DNA of 20,000 nt from an uncultured virus (IMG/VR IMGVR_UViG_3300030061_001589). Its lineage: Duplodnaviria; Heunggongvirae; Uroviricota; Caudoviricetes. How positions within the stretch are numbered: the first letter of the stretch is position 1; the number at the start of each line of letters is the position of its first letter. The stretch lies in IMG/VR virus record IMGVR_UViG_3300030061_001589; one strand, given 5' to 3'. This document shows, piece after piece, positions 14,392-20,000 of the stretch. Both the position numbers and the translations under genes were made by a program. A model generated the notes under the pieces. It saw only the letters and a program-made list of their open reading frames with translations, had not been told where the DNA came from and did no database searches.

Positions 14392-14402
14392 TCGTTTTAT
14401 AA
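14392..14402 (-). promoter_or_regulatory. TATA-like promoter TTATAAAACGA for the portal operon (leaderless)
   Basis: Starts exactly 29 nt upstream of ATG 14373, with a purine-rich BRE-like AAAAAG just upstream. Confidence 0.65.
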
Positions 14403-14448
14403 CACTTTTTGATGTTTTTCTTAATTTTTTTTATTTTTTCGGTATATT

Positions 14449-14629
14449 ACAAAATTAATAAAACGCTGTACTGCGCTAATTCTTTCTATTTATTTTATTT
14501 CTTCTATAGTATGGATGAAGTTAATAACTAAAAGAGTAATAGATAGACAGGGCCGCCGCCTACCCATACTAAAGAAAGAATAAATTAATTCAAACATAGG
14601 CTTTTAGTAAAGCGTTTTTTTAATTTTGT
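14449..14629. repeat. Nested imperfect inverted repeat in the divergent intergenic region
   Basis: 14449-14472 vs 14606-14629 match 22/24 as reverse complements, and 14494-14514 vs 14564-14584 match 18/21. Both pairs are centred on 14539. Confidence 0.85.
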
Positions 14630-14659
14630 TAAACACGAAAAGAACAAAATAAATAAGTA

Positions 14660-14670
14660 TTATAAGACGA
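14660..14670 (+). promoter_or_regulatory. TATA-like promoter TTATAAGACGA for the phosphoesterase-terminase operon (leaderless)
   Basis: Starts exactly 29 nt upstream of ATG 14689. Confidence 0.65.
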
Positions 14671-14688
14671 TATGAGCAGGACAGTACA

Positions 14689-16119
14689 ATGGGAAGGTAT
14701 CAAGGGGGCTACGACCTCATAGAAAAATACGCCAATGATAGGACTTTTAGGAATAATTCCGATTTTGCTCGGTTTTTGCACGAAGTTGAGCCACAATGCT
14801 CGATAAACAGTTGGAGATGTAGAATACAACGGTGGGTCAAACAAGGAAATGATTATAGAGAAGCCGGAACACCGGAATTATCTGTAAATAAGATAAGAGT
14901 TTACTATGATAAAGCAAATGACACTTATTTGACGGTGTTAGATGCACTAGGTGGTGAAATGGTTGCTATTGATGGTGAAAAACACAGAAACATGAAAAAA
15001 GATTATTCGGATGACGGTAATGGTTTGTCTGCAACAGATTTGGCTAGAAAGTACGGAATACCTACAGGTTGGATTAAAGAATACATAAGAGTCAATGAAT
15101 GGAATCATGGTATGGACATTTTTACCGATGAAGAAGTTATGACAAAGACTACTGATGATTTAGTAAATGAAACTCTTGCTGTTAGGCGTATGCAAGTAGC
15201 AGAAAAGGTAGAAAGTAAGCGTTGGGCCGAAATAGAAAAAGATGCTAACGCATATAGGGCTTTTAGCGATACAATTCTTAATGAGTTTCTTACTTTAATC
15301 CCAAAAGTAAAAACAACTACGAAAAACAGAATCAAGATGACGGAAAACGGTAATTATGCCGTAGTCATTTCTCCTACTGACTTACATTATGGTAAATATG
15401 GTTGGAAAGATGAAGTTGGTGAAGAGTATGACCTTGACGAAGCACGTTCAAGACTTATTGACCGCACAAACAATTTAATTTCAAGATTACCTAGTAGGCC
15501 CGATAAAGTTATTGTGACTGCGGGTTCTGATTGGTTTCATGTTGATAATGACGCAGGTACTACTACAAGAGGAACACCACAAGATATGGCGGCTACACCT
15601 GCACAAATACTTATGGGTGGTTGTGAGTTAGCGAGAGAGCATATTGAAATGCTTCGTGCTGTTTCTCCTGTACAAGTAGTATTTATGTGTGGTAATCACG
15701 ATAGACATAGTAATTTTGCTTTGATGATGTATTTATCCGCACTTTATGAAAATGCAGACGATGTAGAAGTAATAGTCAGTCCTTATCCTCGACAGTATAT
15801 AGAATACGGAAACTCTTTACTAGGTTTTACTCACGGTGATGGAGTTAGGGGTAATGACTTACCTGCACTTATGGCTACAGAAGAAAGACAGGCTTGGGGA
15901 GAAAGAGAACACCATTATTGGTTTCACGGACACCTACACCACATGAGACTAACAGAAAAGGCAGGATGTACGGTAATTCAATTACCTAGTCTAGCCGGAC
16001 ACGATAGATACCACGCTAGAAAAGGATATGTACTTGCTAGAGCAGGTATTTGCGCCCATATTGTAGATAAGGAATTAGGATTAGTAGGTAATCTGTTTTC
16101 TCCGGTGGTGCATGAGTAA
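14689..16119 (+). CDS. Calcineurin-like metallophosphoesterase with N-terminal HTH and coiled-coil region
   Basis: All five motifs are present: DLHYG, GSDWFH, GNHD, HGD, GHLHH. HTH-like 'SATDLARKYGIPTGWIKEYI' near aa 115-135. Confidence 0.85.
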   Translation: MGRYQGGYDLIEKYANDRTFRNNSDFARFLHEVEPQCSINSWRCRIQRWVKQGNDYREAGTPELSVNKIRVYYDKANDTYLTVLDALGGEMVAIDGEKHRNMKKDYSDDGNGLSATDLARKYGIPTGWIKEYIRVNEWNHGMDIFTDEEVMTKTTDDLVNETLAVRRMQVAEKVESKRWAEIEKDANAYRAFSDTILNEFLTLIPKVKTTTKNRIKMTENGNYAVVISPTDLHYGKYGWKDEVGEEYDLDEARSRLIDRTNNLISRLPSRPDKVIVTAGSDWFHVDNDAGTTTRGTPQDMAATPAQILMGGCELAREHIEMLRAVSPVQVVFMCGNHDRHSNFALMMYLSALYENADDVEVIVSPYPRQYIEYGNSLLGFTHGDGVRGNDLPALMATEERQAWGEREHHYWFHGHLHHMRLTEKAGCTVIQLPSLAGHDRYHARKGYVLARAGICAHIVDKELGLVGNLFSPVVHE

Positions 16120-16235
16120 TGTGGGTTTCAGCCAAATGCTACACTTGTGGTTGGGCTACTAACAGAATGATGAAAACAAAGGCGTTAAAAGGTATATGTC
16201 CACATTGTAATAAAAAAGATTTACACCCGAAGTGA
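16119..16235 (+). CDS. 38-aa zinc-ribbon protein MWVSAKCYTCGWATNRMMKTKALKGICPHCNKKDLHPK (not in ORF track)
   Basis: Two CxxC motifs. ATG overlaps the upstream TAA (TAATG), GGTGG RBS, and it ends 4 nt before the terminase ATG. Confidence 0.75.
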   Translation: MWVSAKCYTCGWATNRMMKTKALKGICPHCNKKDLHPK

Positions 16236-16239
16236 TTAT

Positions 16240-17754
16240 ATGGCTACATTCAATACTAATTTTTCTATGGAACGTAGTCGTAATGACGTAGAGTATTTCT
16301 ACAAGTGGTTAGGTTATACTTGGGGAGAACATATAGGTGAGTGGGTAAATATGTACGGAGATAATCACGACAATTCTTCTGTACATCGTGTTTGTATTAT
16401 TGCACCGAGGGACCACAGTAAATCAACTACTTTAAGGGTAAAACTATTACACATGGCTCTTTTTGAACAATGGCGTAATAAACCGTTTACTTGTTGGTTA
16501 TTTTCTGCTAGTAAAGACCTAGCAGTTAGGAGGTTGGAAGAAATAAGAGAAGATATGAAAAGGCATCCTCAATTATCTAGGTATCTCGACCCTAAGAGGG
16601 GAAACAAACTAGAAATACGTTTTACTAACGGTGCATGGATTCGTGCTACTTCTGTTGGTGCGGCTATTCGTGGAGAACACCCTGCGGCTATTGCATTTGA
16701 TGACGTACTTGATGATATGGGGGATATGAATTGGAATAACATAGCACAATGGTTTAGAAAGAAGATTACACCTATGTTGAGTCCCGGTACAGCAATTTTC
16801 GTAGTAGGTACACCTATGAGTATGAATGATTTATACCACACAGAAATGTTAGAGAATAAAACATGGAAATCGGGTACGTGGTCTGCTATTCCTAATTGGG
16901 ATGAACATAAAGCCGACCCACTAAATATTAAGCCTGTAGAGTTATGGGCCGAATATAGACCTATTAAGTTTTTACTAGAACAAAAAGAGGCTATGGGTGA
17001 ATTATCCTTTGTACAAGAATATTTGTGTAAAGTAGTAGATGACGAGGCTAGTGTGTTTCCTAGAATGCTAATTAGAAAAAATATGGATATGGATGCTATA
17101 TTACAGACTGATAAAATGGATGGGTACAGATATGTTATAGGTTTTGACCCTGCACATGGATTAGGGCAAGATTACAGCGTTATGATATGCCTAAAGCAAG
17201 ATGATGACGGTTATATTCACTTTGTAGATATGTGGAGAAGAAATGACTTTCCACCGGATAAACAAGCAGATATGTTGATAGAGTGGGCTAAACGCTACGG
17301 TAATTGTCCGATAGCGGTTGAGGATGTAGGTTTCCAACAAATGTATGAAAGTTTACTTGCACAAAAAGGTGCGGTAGTAGATTACAGGGCTAGTAAGGTT
17401 AGTAATAGAACACTAAAGCAAGGATTACTAAATAGGCTTAGAGTTTGGTTTGAAAGAGAAATGATAATATTCCCCTTCGGTAATGACACTACTAGAACAA
17501 AGGTAGGTATATTATTACAAGAATTAGAAACCCATGCGTGGCGTGATGGGATTATAGTAGATTTAGGCAGACATAACGATACAGTTATGGCTTTTGCACA
17601 CGCCATAGACCAATTCACATACAGGACACCCGATATGCCGGTAATTATGAAAACCATGAAAGGCGGCGATTGGTTAGGTGGTGATACACAAATGCAAAGA
17701 ATAAGTAAGCATGAAGGTCTTGGTGGAAAAATAATAGATAGGAGAGGATGGTAA
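16240..17754 (+). CDS. terL: Terminase large subunit
   Basis: Walker A-like 'IIAPRDHSKST', 'AIRGEHP', Walker B 'IAFDD', coupling motif 'VGTP', 'FVQEYLC', and RNase H-like nuclease 'IGFDPA..DYS..AVE..HNDTVMA'. Confidence 0.93.
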   Translation: MATFNTNFSMERSRNDVEYFYKWLGYTWGEHIGEWVNMYGDNHDNSSVHRVCIIAPRDHSKSTTLRVKLLHMALFEQWRNKPFTCWLFSASKDLAVRRLEEIREDMKRHPQLSRYLDPKRGNKLEIRFTNGAWIRATSVGAAIRGEHPAAIAFDDVLDDMGDMNWNNIAQWFRKKITPMLSPGTAIFVVGTPMSMNDLYHTEMLENKTWKSGTWSAIPNWDEHKADPLNIKPVELWAEYRPIKFLLEQKEAMGELSFVQEYLCKVVDDEASVFPRMLIRKNMDMDAILQTDKMDGYRYVIGFDPAHGLGQDYSVMICLKQDDDGYIHFVDMWRRNDFPPDKQADMLIEWAKRYGNCPIAVEDVGFQQMYESLLAQKGAVVDYRASKVSNRTLKQGLLNRLRVWFEREMIIFPFGNDTTRTKVGILLQELETHAWRDGIIVDLGRHNDTVMAFAHAIDQFTYRTPDMPVIMKTMKGGDWLGGDTQMQRISKHEGLGGKIIDRRGW

Positions 17755-18033
17755 GTGAAGAAACGATACAACAAACAAAACCCGGAAGTAAGAAGGCATG
17801 GCCCTAAAAGCAAAAAGATTGTCTATAAGGAATCTATTGATAAAATAATGGATGAAGGATATTTAGACGATTGGAAAACATCAGAAGAAATTGCGTGGAA
17901 AGCAAATAAGTATGTAAGTAATTATTGGACACCACTTTCTAGGAATATAGTACCAACGTACTTGAAACGTACTAACCAAGTAAAATGGCGTAGGAAACCC
18001 GGCGCACATAAACTTGAATGGAAAAAAATGTAA
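17755..18033 (+). CDS. Small basic hypothetical protein, possible winged-HTH DNA-binding protein
   Basis: 92 aa, GTG start after a GGAGAGG RBS. 'WKTSEEIAWKAN...LSRNIVPTYLKR...VKWRR...LEWK' fits a wHTH pattern. Confidence 0.6.
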   Translation: MKKRYNKQNPEVRRHGPKSKKIVYKESIDKIMDEGYLDDWKTSEEIAWKANKYVSNYWTPLSRNIVPTYLKRTNQVKWRRKPGAHKLEWKKM

Positions 18034-18182
18034 AAAAATATTTTTCAAAAAAATTATAAAAAATTGTAAGCGGTGGTTGGCGGCCAAATATATGGGTTAG
18101 TCGAAAACCTTTGGAAATGCCTAAAAACCCGCAAATTAGCCTAAAAACGCACTTTTTTCGAGAGAACCCCACGTCATAACCA

Positions 18183-18218
18183 TTAAGTACCTGACAACAC
18201 CCATGCGTAGCATGGGTG
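18183..18218 (+). promoter_or_regulatory. Archaeal-type TATA box (TTAAGTA) followed by the palindrome CACCCATGC-GTA-GCATGGGTG
   Basis: TTAAGTA starts at 18183, 29 nt before the in-frame ATG at 18212. Perfect 9-bp inverted arms at 18198-18218. Confidence 0.55.
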
Positions 18219-18247
18219 AGTTTTTGCACATAGGAGATGACGACAGT

Positions 18248-19183
18248 ATGACGAATACGTTAGATGTACACGATAGTATATCATTAGAGGTAGGCGAAGC
18301 ATTTCGCTTTACTCAAGTTAAAGATAAGTCTAAGATTTTGACAAGTCCTAGATTTATCATCAAGAGATTGAATAGTATTCAATTTTCTGATGTTGAAAAT
18401 AATGTTTGGGAGGGTCAAATTGTGCCTTTCAAATCATCATTCAAAATGACTTTAGTAAACCATATCAGACATTCTCAATCATTAGAGAATAAGTCTAGTC
18501 CTCAAATATCAGCGAGTAATTACATCACAGAAATGCGATATGTATGTACAAAATGTAATCATAATGATGCACACTTTTCAGATAAAACAAATAACAAACC
18601 TGTTTGCACAATCAGAAAAAATGAACTTCGAGGTTCTGTATGTCATCAAGAGACTTCATTATGGAATATGGAAAATGGTTATTTCGTATCAAATATAACT
18701 ACTAAGTTTGAATCCAGAATCTATGAAATGCCTATTGTTTCATATGATGGTTATGATTGGGTTATTATTGGTATGAACCCACTAAATAACCGAGGTAAAA
18801 AGGATAACAAGTTTACTTATTCAGCAACCTCAAGAAGTTTAGATGGTGTTCGTTCTTTAGATTGTGGTTGTAATAATTGTGCTGTCAAAATGACACCAAA
18901 GCATGAAGAAAAGAGCCGTACAATAGTAGGATATGATGAAGATGGAGTGGCTTATGTTGCACCTCGTCAATGTCATAAATCACCTAAAATGATAGTTTCA
19001 GATAGTGGATTAGTAATCAAGAATACTCAAAAGATTACTTGTGGCGGAGAATTAAAAGCGTCTTTCTTCCCTTCAATCGGTTTTGCTGCTGTCCATATGA
19101 CAGAATCAAATCTTAGACAAATAAACAAAGAAAACAGACCACTAACAGATATTATCAATGTAGTATCGGGAGTAGACGAATAA
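18248..19183 (+). CDS. Cys/His-rich hypothetical protein (probable Zn-binding)
   Basis: Long ORF with CTKC..H..H, CGCNNC and other Cys. Start is either ATG 18248 (GGAGATGA RBS) or leaderless ATG 18212. Confidence 0.7.
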   Translation: MTNTLDVHDSISLEVGEAFRFTQVKDKSKILTSPRFIIKRLNSIQFSDVENNVWEGQIVPFKSSFKMTLVNHIRHSQSLENKSSPQISASNYITEMRYVCTKCNHNDAHFSDKTNNKPVCTIRKNELRGSVCHQETSLWNMENGYFVSNITTKFESRIYEMPIVSYDGYDWVIIGMNPLNNRGKKDNKFTYSATSRSLDGVRSLDCGCNNCAVKMTPKHEEKSRTIVGYDEDGVAYVAPRQCHKSPKMIVSDSGLVIKNTQKITCGGELKASFFPSIGFAAVHMTESNLRQINKENRPLTDIINVVSGVDE

Positions 19184-19214
19184 GATTGTTGAGGGCTTCG
19201 GCCCTCTTCAATCT
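19183..19214 (+). other. Intergenic RNA hairpin with cUUCGg tetraloop
   Basis: AGATTG-TT-GAGGGC-TTCG-GCCCTC-TT-CAATCT: two 6-bp stems with a 2x2 U/U internal loop. Confidence 0.75.
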
Positions 19215-19234
19215 CTATTTAGGAGGTGAATAAA

Positions 19235-19984
19235 ATGGATAACAAATACACTAATTATATCTTAAACGAAGAAAACAAAGGTTCTCGTCAAGAGTCAATT
19301 GAGGACTCTAACAACCCCAAAAACCCGAACATCAATGTATGTGTTAATGCTGTATGGAATCACTTTGAGATAATCACAAACAGCAAATACGGCCACACTT
19401 TTTACGATACATCAGAAGCATTGAGAGACTCAAAACATTCTTTCGGAATTGAATTAAGAAACCCTATCAAATCAAAAAGTCAATGCCCACATTGTGATTC
19501 AAGGAATTGCACAGTACCTCAAGGACTTACCCGAAAAATAACATTAACACCACAAAAATATTCAGAAGAAATGTGGAATAGAAGATATGAAAATGGCGAC
19601 CCATACTACCCAATGAAACAACAATTTGAGTATAACCACACTACAAAAGAAATGCACGATATGATTAAATTATTACAGGATAAAATTGATAATTCAATGA
19701 AGTCATTCGGTAAAGGAATTAAAACCAATTCATTTCAGAAAATTGCGGAGGCTCTATGGATGACACTAGATTCTGATGACAGGCAAAAATATATTCCTGT
19801 AGGATTTAGATACGGAGTACGAGGCCATATCATCGGACTAGATACCAAAGGATTTCCGGTAGTAGATACAGCACCGACCTATGGTTCAAAATACACCGAC
19901 ACAACATCATTCAAACAGCGAAGAGAAAAGAGAGCAGGCAAAGTGTTTACCTTAATCTTTAGAGAGAGGGCATCTATGAATTAA
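19235..19984 (+). CDS. Hypothetical protein with CPHC..C motif
   Basis: ORF preceded by a perfect AGGAGGTGA RBS. The track's GTG at 19226 lies within the RBS, so ATG 19235 is the likely start. Confidence 0.7.
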   Translation: MDNKYTNYILNEENKGSRQESIEDSNNPKNPNINVCVNAVWNHFEIITNSKYGHTFYDTSEALRDSKHSFGIELRNPIKSKSQCPHCDSRNCTVPQGLTRKITLTPQKYSEEMWNRRYENGDPYYPMKQQFEYNHTTKEMHDMIKLLQDKIDNSMKSFGKGIKTNSFQKIAEALWMTLDSDDRQKYIPVGFRYGVRGHIIGLDTKGFPVVDTAPTYGSKYTDTTSFKQRREKRAGKVFTLIFRERASMN

Positions 19985-20000
19985 GGCTGCCTACAAAAAG

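Noticed and set aside
16240..17754. Intein or intron in terminase
   Set aside because: The length of 504 aa is normal and there are no splice-junction or homing-endonuclease motifs.
14629..18229. Minus-strand ORFs opposite the terminase operon (14629, 15105, 16569, 17382, 17881, 17972)
   Set aside because: They are antisense shadows, or F/K/I-biased translations of A/T tracts.
18034..18247. tRNA or other structured ncRNA in the intergenic regions
   Set aside because: No cloverleaf or T-loop (GTTCRA) arrangement was found, only short palindromes and A-tracts.

Overview
This window is the virion-morphogenesis and DNA-packaging region of a tailed (HK97-fold) dsDNA virus. The host is most likely archaeal, based on GGTGA/GGAGGTGA ribosome-binding sites and TATA-like boxes 28-29 nt upstream of apparently leaderless ATGs. 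A marine euryarchaeal (Poseidoniales/'magrovirus'-like) virus is plausible but is inference. The minus strand carries the portal, a three-gene membrane-protein cassette, a prohead protease-scaffold with a ~300-aa N-terminal string of small Cys-rich modules, a capsid cement-like protein, the major capsid protein, head-completion genes, a beta-rich virion protein and a 1968-aa segmented collagen fibre. The plus strand is transcribed divergently across a ~180-bp imperfect palindrome and carries an HTH-metallophosphoesterase, a 38-aa Zn-ribbon missed by the ORF track, the terminase large subunit and a small basic protein. These are followed by a phased A-tract non-coding segment and two Cys-rich unknown genes separated by a cUUCGg hairpin. 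Highlights: (i) the protease reads as a self-cleaving polyprotein whose mini-modules are delimited by V/I-x-A sites that also occur at the MCP N-terminus; (ii) a fixed-spacing promoter motif T(T/A/C)ATAARAC; (iii) a coaxial nested inverted repeat between portal and terminase operons; (iv) apparent avoidance of GATC, AGCT and CCAG. All family assignments come from motif recognition and gene order; no database search was run.
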